In this document: piece by piece, positions 19,029 through 27,378 of the stretch
Position numbering within the stretch: position 1 is the first letter of the stretch
How the letters are laid out: each line of letters starts with the position of its first letter
Position numbers and translations under genes: made by a program
The notes under the pieces: generated by a model
Database searches by the model: none
What the model was told of the DNA's origin: nothing
The model's input: the letters and a program-made list of their open reading frames with translations, nothing else
IMG/VR virus record: IMGVR_UViG_3300027754_000074
DNA from: an uncultured virus (IMG/VR IMGVR_UViG_3300027754_000074)
Lineage: Duplodnaviria; Heunggongvirae; Uroviricota; Caudoviricetes
DNA length: 64,000 nucleotides
Strand: one strand, 5' to 3'

Positions 19029-19373
19029 ATGCTTGTTCGATACGGAGGTTACGGTGGGCGCACGGTGCAAGTCGTCGGCACGCTAAAGAACGGTTCTAAG
19101 CTCTACAAAATGACCTATACGACGGATAACAAAATCAGCGCGCCCGAATGGAAGCTCGTCGTTGTCGATGAGGTGAATGAGTACGGAACCGTTTTTGTGC
19201 GCGGGGCGTCCACAACGGAAATTCTCAGCGCGTACATTCCCGACGAGGGGGTGAGCCTGCCCATGAAGTACGCCCCCCGCGCTATCCGGCACGCGGAAAA
19301 GCCGGCATGGGAACCTGTGCGGGCGCTCATAGAAGCCCGCATAGCGCGACGGCTTGCCGCTCGAAAAAAGTAG
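19029..19373 (+). CDS. Hypothetical protein
   Basis: GGAG RBS; 114 aa. Confidence 0.65.
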   Translation: MLVRYGGYGGRTVQVVGTLKNGSKLYKMTYTTDNKISAPEWKLVVVDEVNEYGTVFVRGASTTEILSAYIPDEGVSLPMKYAPRAIRHAEKPAWEPVRALIEARIARRLAARKK

Positions 19374-19466
19374 CGGAATGTTTCGCATACGCCTTGCATA
19401 TGCGAATGGGGCGGCGTAAAGGGTGGGTGTCGGATTCACCGACGCCAACCCCCCGAGAGCAAAATG
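19367..19466 (+). repeat. Duplicated ~100-bp promoter/leader, copy B
   Basis: Near-identical to 18435-18533. Confidence 0.85.
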
Positions 19467-19940
19467 AAAGCCTTGACCCTCCGTGTTTCCATCCCCGCCC
19501 TTGTTGCCAACTACAACGGCGACCGCACCCTCGAAGAGTGTACGCAGGCGGTCGTCGCCGCGCTCGCCGCCCCCTCGATGTCCGACGTGCTCCACGTCGC
19601 GGGCACCACCACGGATCCTACGGACATCGCCGCCGTCTACTACGCCGGCACGGATACCCGCGTCGAAAACGCGGCGGCGACGGAGATAAAGGCCCGGTTT
19701 TGGGCCTCGCTCGCTCAGGCGTTCCGGGTGCTCGACGTGGTAGAAGGCTACCGGTGCGGGGAAGCCTGCGCCCGCGCCCTCGGTGTCGGAAACACCTTTC
19801 TGGGCTCGATGGGGCACGCCGAAGCGGCGGGGCTCATCGTCAATACCACGAAGTACCGGGGGTTTCTGATCGGCTTCGCGGGCGCGTTGCCTGAAACCGT
19901 GGCGACTACTTTAGAGGGGGTACTGGTCGAGTACCGGTAG
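19464..19940 (+). CDS. Hypothetical protein (cassette gene B)
   Basis: ATG at end of repeated leader. Confidence 0.75.
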   Translation: MKALTLRVSIPALVANYNGDRTLEECTQAVVAALAAPSMSDVLHVAGTTTDPTDIAAVYYAGTDTRVENAAATEIKARFWASLAQAFRVLDVVEGYRCGEACARALGVGNTFLGSMGHAEAAGLIVNTTKYRGFLIGFAGALPETVATTLEGVLVEYR

Positions 19941-19953
19941 ACGGTAGCAGCGC

Positions 19954-19988
19954 GGCCCGCTCCGAAAGGGGCGGGCCTTTTCGTTTTT
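19954..19988 (+). terminator. Rho-independent terminator (same sequence as 18967)
   Basis: GGCCCGCTCCGAAAGGGGCGGGCCTTTTCGTTTTT. Confidence 0.85.
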
Positions 19989-20020
19989 CTGTCCGGATAT
20001 GAGGCAGGTAGGAGTATCCA

Positions 20021-20254
20021 ATGAGCGCGACGATCAAACAAGCCGCAGGCGGCGAATGGCACGGCTACCACGGGCGGCGGCGGGTACGCACCTTCCCCGA
20101 CCGGGCGACCGCTATTCAATGGGTGGGCGCGCAGCGCGGGATGAGCGCGGCGGCCCGCGCCGCTTCGATCCTCCCCCCGGCGGAAGCGGTGATCGTCCTC
20201 CGCACGCGGAGCGCCGTAGAAGCCCCGCCACGGGCTCGCAAGGGGCGGGGGTAG
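20021..20254 (+). CDS. Small hypothetical protein
   Basis: AGGAG RBS; ends AVEAPPRARKGRG. Confidence 0.65.
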   Translation: MSATIKQAAGGEWHGYHGRRRVRTFPDRATAIQWVGAQRGMSAAARAASILPPAEAVIVLRTRSAVEAPPRARKGRG

Positions 20255-20312
20255 GCACATCCCTACCCCGTACCGTTTCGAGAGCTTCCCGATTGTTTCT
20301 ACCGGTAAAATA
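20212..20312 (+). repeat. ~100-bp direct repeat (left) containing palindrome copy 3
   Basis: Matches 26357-26457 with few mismatches; core ACCGGT at 20301. Confidence 0.9.
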
Positions 20313-20356
20313 TTTGCACGCGGGCGTGCTCGCCGGAGATCGAGTAAGCTCCCCCC

Positions 20357-21904
20357 GTGCGCCCGTACCTCTCCCTTGCGACCATCGACCGCTACGAGGC
20401 GGATATGGCCCGTCGCGGCGTCTCCGATGTTGCGCGTAGCCGCCGGGGTTTCCTGACCGCCTACCGCCGGGCGGGCGGGGATCCTGACCGCCTCTCCGAA
20501 TACTGGCAGGTACGCCGGGACGGGTTTATCGCCCGGCACATGGCGCAGGTACGCGAGCGCGGGGAGCCGCTCTTCGAGGACGGCGGCGAGCCTACCCGGC
20601 GACACCTTGCCCTCATCGCGTGGGCGTACTCCCCCGCCCCTGACCGCTTGCCCCGCCACAATCCGGAGCGCGCCTTGACATTCACGATTCACACCACGGC
20701 GGGGGATCTTGCCCGCGCTGTGTTTGGGTGCGACGTATCCGAGTTCAACCGAGGTTTTTACAAAGGCACCTCAATACCTCTGCGCGCTGTGCCCCCCGAC
20801 GCGCCGGTGACGGTAACAGGCAAAACGTCCCTCGCGGCTATCGAAGACGGACAAGGCGGCTGGATAGCTGACCGGTTCGGCCCGACGCTGGGGGCTCGCC
20901 AGATTAGGCGGCTTATAGATGCGGAGAAGCGCCACAATCCGGCGAGCGCCGAGCGCACCCGTCCGGAGCTATGGGCGCGGATCGTCCGAGAGGTTACCGC
21001 CGGTGCTCAGGGCGGTCTACCCGGTCAATGGTCGGCGCGAAAAGCGCAATTGGCGACGGCGCTCTACCAGAAGCGCGGCGGCGGCTACATCGGCCCGAAG
21101 TCGCCCGACAACGCGCTAACGGGGTGGACGCGGGAAAGGTGGCGTACAAAATCCGGTCGCCCGTCGCTGGTCACCGGCGAACGCTACCTCCCCGAAGCCG
21201 CTATCGAAGCTCTGTCCCCGCAGGAGTACGCCGCGACAACCCGCGCCAAGCGGGCGGGGCTTGCCCGTGGCGAGCAATACACCCCGCAGCCGGAGCGCAT
21301 CGCGGAGCGGGTACACAGTCTGCGCCGGAACGCCGGAGCCCGCGCTATCGCCCGCGAACTCGTCAACCATTGTGGCTGGCTGAAAGCGGACGCCCGTGCG
21401 ATCACCGGCAAGAAGTGGCGCAAGAGCATGGCGAGCCCCCGCGCCGCCCTGTCTCCGGACGCGCAGCGCGTCTTACTGCGGGCGCTCGACGCCGAGGTGG
21501 ATCCGGACGTGGCGCTAGTGCTCCGTCTATGCCTTGTGCTGGGGCTCCGGATCGCGGAGGCGACGATGGTAGACCGCTCCCGCGTCACGCCCGAAGGGCT
21601 CCGCGTGTTCGGGAAGGGCTCGAAGTGGCGTACCGTCCCGTGGTCGGTAGACCGGGGCGCAAAGGCGCTCGCGGCCCGTCTCCCGGCGGTCGCCACCGTT
21701 ACCCCCGGACGGGCGCAACGCGCCTGCACACGGCTTGCGGCGGCGCATCCGGAGCTTTCCGCCTTGACCCCGCACGTTCTCCGCCACACGTTCGCCACGA
21801 ACGCGCTACGCTGCTGCATGGATCCGAAGGCGCTACAGGCGGCTTTGGGGCACGATAAATTCAATACGACGCTAACCTACCTGCACACGCTGGGGGATGT
21901 ATGA
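20357..21904 (+). CDS. RxN-punctuated polyprotein ending in a tyrosine recombinase catalytic domain; middle DUF5872-like domain
   Basis: GLRIAE, GKG, HVLRHTFAT, LGH, TLTY; GQWSARKAQL..GGGY; linkers RHNP, RHNP, RRNA. Confidence 0.85.
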   Translation: MRPYLSLATIDRYEADMARRGVSDVARSRRGFLTAYRRAGGDPDRLSEYWQVRRDGFIARHMAQVRERGEPLFEDGGEPTRRHLALIAWAYSPAPDRLPRHNPERALTFTIHTTAGDLARAVFGCDVSEFNRGFYKGTSIPLRAVPPDAPVTVTGKTSLAAIEDGQGGWIADRFGPTLGARQIRRLIDAEKRHNPASAERTRPELWARIVREVTAGAQGGLPGQWSARKAQLATALYQKRGGGYIGPKSPDNALTGWTRERWRTKSGRPSLVTGERYLPEAAIEALSPQEYAATTRAKRAGLARGEQYTPQPERIAERVHSLRRNAGARAIARELVNHCGWLKADARAITGKKWRKSMASPRAALSPDAQRVLLRALDAEVDPDVALVLRLCLVLGLRIAEATMVDRSRVTPEGLRVFGKGSKWRTVPWSVDRGAKALAARLPAVATVTPGRAQRACTRLAAAHPELSALTPHVLRHTFATNALRCCMDPKALQAALGHDKFNTTLTYLHTLGDV

Positions 21905-22221
21905 GACGGAATACCCATTTTCAGGACGCCTACGATTGGGTGGCGGACGTGCGCGAATACACGAATAGGATCCAGCATGGCCCCGTGAAGGAAACCGACC
22001 TCGCCGGGCAAATGCACATCAACGAAAGGGCGGCGCAGGTAGAAAAGGCGTTGGACGATCTGAATCGCGTACTCCCCGGAGGCAGCGTACACCTACTATA
22101 CGAAGCGTTGACGTTGCCCCTGCGAACCTACCTATCTTTGATCGCTGTCCCCCGCGCTTTGTGGGCGGAGCCCGTAGTGCGCCGCAGCATACTACTCCCT
22201 CGCCGCAACGGGCGCGGGTGA
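21901..22221 (+). CDS. Hypothetical protein (RRN at both ends)
   Basis: MRRNT... PRRNGRG. Confidence 0.65.
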   Translation: MRRNTHFQDAYDWVADVREYTNRIQHGPVKETDLAGQMHINERAAQVEKALDDLNRVLPGGSVHLLYEALTLPLRTYLSLIAVPRALWAEPVVRRSILLPRRNGRG

Positions 22222-22225
22222 CCCC

Positions 22226-23164
22226 GTGAGTACCCGCAACCCCGCCATAGCGCGCCGCACGATGGGGAAGACCTACACCCCCGCCCGGCTCACCGACCGC
22301 CGCGAACACTTCACGGCGGAGGACACCCGCCGGGCGCAGCGCGCCGTGGCGGAGGTGTTCGCCGGGCGCGGCGTACCGCTGGGGCAAGGGAACTTCGGGG
22401 CGGCGTTCCGCGTCGAGGTAGACGGTGCCCCCGTGCTGGTCAAGATGGGGAGCCGGCGCGATATGCACACGCGGACACCCGGCGATATGTACGGGTGGCT
22501 AACGAGCAAGTACGCGCAAGGGGGGCGAAGCCTCGAAACGGCGCGGCGGGAGCTAATCCACGAAGCCGGCGTCAGTAACGAGCTATGGGCGCTGGGGCAT
22601 CGCGTAGTACCCGCCACGATCTACGCCGAATATAAGGGGCGGCCCGCCCTTGTCCGCGAGTACGGGCACATCCCGGCGAACATCACCCCGCAGGAGTACG
22701 ACAAATTAGCCCGCGACCTCGCCCGCGTGATCGAGGATGGATGGGCGGTAGCTGACGAGCTATTGATCGCCCGGCGCGCTGACGGTAGCGTTTTCGTCGC
22801 GGACGTGGGACTGTGGCACCCGTATAATCCCGGCCCGGAGGGTACGGGGTTGTCCTATTCGTGGTCTACGGCGGCGGGGCAAGCCTACGACGGGCTTTGC
22901 ACGTTGCTTTCCAATCTCAGCCAACAACAGGCATGGGCTACGGGAGCCGTGCCGTGGTCGCGCAGCGGAACCCTTCGGGGGCAACCGACCCCCTCCGCGT
23001 TGGAACTGAAAATCCAACGCTTGAAGCTCGCAGACAAGCGGGCGGAAAATGACGATATGTACGAGGGTTTACCCCCCGCGATAGCGTTACGAAACCTAAA
23101 GTTTGTCACCGACGCTATCGAAAAAAGCGAGGCGGCCCGCCGCGCTGTGGGGCTACCCGTATGA
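22226..23164 (+). CDS. Protein kinase-like fold protein with TRNP leader
   Basis: LGQGNFG Gly-loop, VLVK, ELIHE, VFVADVG. Confidence 0.7.
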   Translation: MSTRNPAIARRTMGKTYTPARLTDRREHFTAEDTRRAQRAVAEVFAGRGVPLGQGNFGAAFRVEVDGAPVLVKMGSRRDMHTRTPGDMYGWLTSKYAQGGRSLETARRELIHEAGVSNELWALGHRVVPATIYAEYKGRPALVREYGHIPANITPQEYDKLARDLARVIEDGWAVADELLIARRADGSVFVADVGLWHPYNPGPEGTGLSYSWSTAAGQAYDGLCTLLSNLSQQQAWATGAVPWSRSGTLRGQPTPSALELKIQRLKLADKRAENDDMYEGLPPAIALRNLKFVTDAIEKSEAARRAVGLPV

Positions 23165-24006
23165 CCGCCGCCGAAGGGCTCGAAGCTCGCTTCGACAAGC
23201 GGGGGCACCGGGACAATACCCGGCGCACCTACCGGAGCGTGGTGGCGCAGATGGAAGCCGCAGGCGCTACCGCCGATCCGGCGGCGTGGGCGTGGCAGAA
23301 AGCGACCGACAAGCCAATTGGAACCGTGCTCCCGACGCGAGCGGCGATCCTACACTACCTTGTTGCCGAGTGCGGGATGGCGGAAGAGGATGCCCGCGCC
23401 GCGCTCCCCCCGGCGAAGGGGCGGCGGGGCTACCGCCGGCAGGCACTAAGCCCGCGCCAACTCGACGCCTACTACGTCGCCGTGGACGCGCTCGACGCTG
23501 GCCCGGTACGGGCGATCTTGCTGCTGCTCCCGCAAACCGGCCTCCGGATCAGCGAGGCGTGCAACCTGCGCGACGAGGACGTGATCGTGCGCGGGGATTC
23601 CCCGGCGCTTCACGTTCGGGGCAAGGGCGGGAAAGAGCGGGTAGTCCCCCTGTCTCCGGACGCGCACGCGGTAATCCTCGCGCACCGGAGCGACCGCACC
23701 CGCGCCTCCGGCGGCTATCTGTTCGAGGGCTACGGGGGGCGGGCGCTCTCCGAAGAGGCGGTCAGGATCGCTACCCGGAAGATCGAAGCAGAAAACCCCG
23801 ATATGGGAGAGCTTTCGCCGCACATCCTCCGGCACACGTTCGCTTCGCACGCGCTCCGGGCGCGGGTAGACCTTTCCACGCTCCAAAGCCTGTTAGGGCA
23901 TGAGAGCATGGCGACGACGGCGATCTACGCCCGTCCCGACGATGAAATGCGCTCCGAGGCGGTCGCCGCCGTAGGGCGCAAGCGCAAACCAGCCCCCCCT
24001 ACCTGA
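23161..24006 (+). CDS. Tyrosine recombinase (XerC/D-like)
   Basis: TGLRISE, GKGGKER, PHILRHTFA, LLGH, TAIY. Confidence 0.95.
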   Translation: MTAAEGLEARFDKRGHRDNTRRTYRSVVAQMEAAGATADPAAWAWQKATDKPIGTVLPTRAAILHYLVAECGMAEEDARAALPPAKGRRGYRRQALSPRQLDAYYVAVDALDAGPVRAILLLLPQTGLRISEACNLRDEDVIVRGDSPALHVRGKGGKERVVPLSPDAHAVILAHRSDRTRASGGYLFEGYGGRALSEEAVRIATRKIEAENPDMGELSPHILRHTFASHALRARVDLSTLQSLLGHESMATTAIYARPDDEMRSEAVAAVGRKRKPAPPT

Positions 24007-24013
24007 GAGTCCG

Positions 24014-24277
24014 ATGGCCCGCACCTTCCCCCCCACAGGCAACGCCCGCGAAGATTCGATCAAAACGAAAGCCGGATACGTCGAGTACGCGGTTTTTCGC
24101 AACCAAAAAGGCGGCTACTTTTGTGGCACCTGTCACGCTTTCGACCCCGAATCCTTCGGACAGGGGGGATTCTGCGCTGGGCTGAAAGTGCCCGTGGTGA
24201 CCTACGGATGCTGCAACAATTGGCGGCTCGAACCTAACCGCGAAGATTGGATTGGCGCGGACGGATCGAAGCTGTGA
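24014..24277 (+). CDS. Small Cys-rich protein, HiPIP-like pattern
   Basis: CGTCHAF..FC..GCCNNW. Confidence 0.6.
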   Translation: MARTFPPTGNAREDSIKTKAGYVEYAVFRNQKGGYFCGTCHAFDPESFGQGGFCAGLKVPVVTYGCCNNWRLEPNREDWIGADGSKL

Positions 24278-24798
24278 CCGCCCCTGTTTTCCGCAGTTTC
24301 GACTACCCGGAACCCGCGCAGGGCCGCATGGTGCGTCAACAGCTTGCGCGGATCGTCATGGATGCGACGGCGCTCCACCGGGCGCTGCGCGACAATGACC
24401 GCCTCCCCGCGTGGACGTTGCACCTGACGGGCACGGCGGAGGATCGTCTTCACATGGCGAGCGATTACCTGCGCTACAAAGCGCAACCGGGGATCCGCGC
24501 TTACGGCTACGGCTATCCCGGCGTCACCGGGCGTATGCTCCCCGACGCGGGCACCGTGACCAAAACGCGCATCGACGGCAAGCCGTACCTGTGCGTTGCC
24601 TACGACGTGGAGCGGCGCACCGTGCAACCGCTCCGAGCGGCGGCGGCGCTGGTCGGCGGCCCGCTGGTGATGTACGCGGCCAGCAAGCTCCCCGCTTCCG
24701 GCGGCCTGCGAGCGGCTACCTTCCTGACCGGGGCGGCGGTAACGGTGTGGAGCGCGTGGGTATGGAGCAAAGCCAACACGGCGATGGCGGGCGAGTGA
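24274..24798 (+). CDS. Hypothetical protein with C-terminal hydrophobic segments
   Basis: GTGA coupling; central AYGYGY; two hydrophobic helices. Confidence 0.7.
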   Translation: MTAPVFRSFDYPEPAQGRMVRQQLARIVMDATALHRALRDNDRLPAWTLHLTGTAEDRLHMASDYLRYKAQPGIRAYGYGYPGVTGRMLPDAGTVTKTRIDGKPYLCVAYDVERRTVQPLRAAAALVGGPLVMYAASKLPASGGLRAATFLTGAAVTVWSAWVWSKANTAMAGE

Positions 24799-25175
24799 GC
24801 CGCGTAGCCGAGCAATTCCGCAGGCTCGCGGAGATAGCTACCCGCGCCGCGCCGCAATTGCGGATTGACCTCGCCGTGGGCGACCTCAGCGAATTCCCGG
24901 CGTACCGGGATTTTGCGTATTGCACGGACAACACCGATCCGATCCGGATCGTGGTGAGCCCCCGGCTCGAAAACCAACGCGCCGAGCGCATCGACGGGAT
25001 CCTGCGGCACGAATTGGGGCACGCCGTATACATGCTGGGGGGCGACCGGACACACAGCGAGCGCGAAGCGGACAAAATGGCGGAGCGCCTGTTCGGCGGG
25101 ATCATCCGCTACGACGAATTCGATGTGCAGACGACCGGGCACGGGATCACCCCGCGCCCCCGCAGGCTGGGGTAG
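24795..25175 (+). CDS. Small zincin-type metallopeptidase-like protein
   Basis: LRHELGH...SEREAD (HExxH plus downstream Glu). Confidence 0.75.
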   Translation: MSRVAEQFRRLAEIATRAAPQLRIDLAVGDLSEFPAYRDFAYCTDNTDPIRIVVSPRLENQRAERIDGILRHELGHAVYMLGGDRTHSEREADKMAERLFGGIIRYDEFDVQTTGHGITPRPRRLG

Positions 25176-25427
25176 TCAGGTGTCGTAAAAGTCAGGCTCG
25201 CTAACGGACATATTCGCAATCTCGCGGAGCGTCATATCCGCCAAAATCCCGGTATACTTGTCGTCGGTTTCGTTGCGGACAACGCCGCGAGCGAGCGCGG
25301 CGATAAGCCACGCATACCAAAAGTTATCCGTAGGCAAAACCTCCGTTACACCCCGGCAACCTTGCCCGGCGCGCTCCGCGAAGTGTTCGGGTTTCCGGGG
25401 AAACGTGCGGCGGCGGCGGCTTCTCAT
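25176..25427 (-). CDS. Small hypothetical protein
   Basis: Fills gap on minus strand; start uncertain. Confidence 0.4.
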   Translation of the reverse strand: MRSRRRRTFPRKPEHFAERAGQGCRGVTEVLPTDNFWYAWLIAALARGVVRNETDDKYTGILADMTLREIANMSVSEPDFYDT

Positions 25428-25539
25428 ACCGGGGGCGTAGCACGTTTTGGAGCGCAGAGCGTAGCCCGATAGGCTACCTGTCCGCATGGCTGCGCCTACG
25501 TCCCCCGTCCCCTCCCCCTCTACGGATGAAACCTCCCTC

Positions 25540-25797
25540 ATGCGAAACCCTCCGTGGTGGCTTCTGCTGCTGCTGGGAGCGAGCGGCGGCGGCGGTTTAG
25601 GAACGCTGATTAGCCGCCCGGTCTACGCGACGAGCGCCGAGACGATCACCCGCGAAGACGTGCAGGAGGTTGTGGACGCGAGCATCGCCAAAAACAACGA
25701 GGTGCTACTCCAGAAAATAGAGCTAATGGTCGCTAAGGAGCGGCTACACTCCGCCGGGCTATCCGCTCCGATGTTGTCCACGGCTCCCCCCGAATAG
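25540..25797 (+). CDS. Small membrane protein
   Basis: MRNPPWWLLLLLG hydrophobic N-terminus then helical segment. Confidence 0.6.
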   Translation: MRNPPWWLLLLLGASGGGGLGTLISRPVYATSAETITREDVQEVVDASIAKNNEVLLQKIELMVAKERLHSAGLSAPMLSTAPPE

Positions 25798-25829
25798 CGC
25801 ACCCCCTACCGGGATGCTAAGGCGGGAAC

Positions 25830-26399
25830 ATGATCCCGCCTGAGAAGATCGAAACGTACCGTAAGGTGTCTGTGCTCGCAGAGCGCGGGACGCCGGGCGA
25901 GCGCGTGAGCGCGCAAAACATCCTCGCGCAACTGGAGGCGCGCTACCCCGGAATCCGCGAGGCCGCGAATCCGCCCCCGCCCCCTCCGCCCCCGATGCCG
26001 AAGCCGGGCGACTTTTGGGGCGGGTTCACCGGGGCGCGGGGCGGCCCGCACGGGTTCACCGGCGCACCCCCGCCCGGCCCGACGATCCGCGACGTGCAAG
26101 GCGCGGTAGACGCCGTGCGCGAATTTTTCCGCGCCGCCGTAGCCGAGCAGGAGGCGGTCGCGGCGCGGAATAAGGCGGCGCAGGATTACGCCGACGTTTC
26201 GAGCCGTTGGCTGGATTCGGGCGATTTGGTCGTGCGCGTCAAGATCACACGGGCGGGGATCCGAGCGTTCCACAGGGGCGACCTCGACGTGCGGGCGGTC
26301 GCGGAGCAGGTAGGCGCGGACGTTGCCGACGAGATGGTGGCGGCTATCGAAGAGGCCGCCGTAGAAGCCCCGCCACGGGCGCGCAAGGGGCGGGGGTAG
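25830..26399 (+). CDS. Hypothetical protein
   Basis: LAERGTPGER N-terminus, poly-Pro; ends AVEAPPRARKGRG. Confidence 0.75.
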   Translation: MIPPEKIETYRKVSVLAERGTPGERVSAQNILAQLEARYPGIREAANPPPPPPPPMPKPGDFWGGFTGARGGPHGFTGAPPPGPTIRDVQGAVDAVREFFRAAVAEQEAVAARNKAAQDYADVSSRWLDSGDLVVRVKITRAGIRAFHRGDLDVRAVAEQVGADVADEMVAAIEEAAVEAPPRARKGRG

Positions 26400-26469
26400 G
26401 CACGTCCCTACCCCGCACCGTTTCGAGAGCTTCCCGATTCTTTCTACCGGTAGAATAAACCGGGAAGCT
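26357..26469 (+). repeat. ~100-bp direct repeat (right) containing palindrome copy 4
   Basis: 26428-26469 AGCTTCCCGATTCTTTCT-ACCGGT-AGAATAAACCGGGAAGCT. Confidence 0.9.
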
Positions 26470-26708
26470 ACGTTAGGGGGACACGTCGATAACAACCGGC
26501 GGGTAGCGCCGCGACGGCGCAGGATCGCCCGGAATGGGGTGATTGAAGAGCGCGTGAAAACCGCGCCGGGGAGGCCACAATAGGAGCAGGAGCATCCGCG
26601 CCAAGTATCACGCGCAATAGCAGGTGCAAGGCACGCGCAGTAGCAGGCGCAAGAGCCTTGCTAACGCGCCTGCGACAGCATACGCCGTGCGCTCCCATAG
26701 AGGCTAAC

Positions 26709-26965
26709 ATGGCAGATTTTGACGATTCCCTCGACGTGCTCATCGCGCACGTCGGCACCGTGCCCGCCGAGGGCAAATCCGTAGCAATTACGGTAGACAT
26801 CAAAAGCTACAACAGGGGCGCACCAAAAGTACGCACGTCGCGCACCGGCGAGAAAAAGGACGGCACGGCGTACACGGGGAAGCTGGGGAGCCTCGACGCC
26901 CGCGAATCCCGCCTACTCGCCCCGCTGCTGGTTGCCGCAGCCGACATCCTCGACGCGGCGAAAGC

Positions 26966-26969
<4 letters not shown>
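26709..26969 (+). CDS. Small protein, possibly PC4-like ssDNA-binding
   Basis: GAGG RBS; ITVDIKSYNRGAPKVRTSR..KLGSL. Confidence 0.6.
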
Positions 26970-27274
<305 letters not shown>

Positions 27275-27378
27275 AGTTTCGCACGCGCTATTGCATATGC
27301 GTAGCGCGTCCGTTAGAGCTTGAAAACCGGGCCGCACAAGTGGCCCGCAGCCGGAATCACCGGCGAAGGAATATCAAC

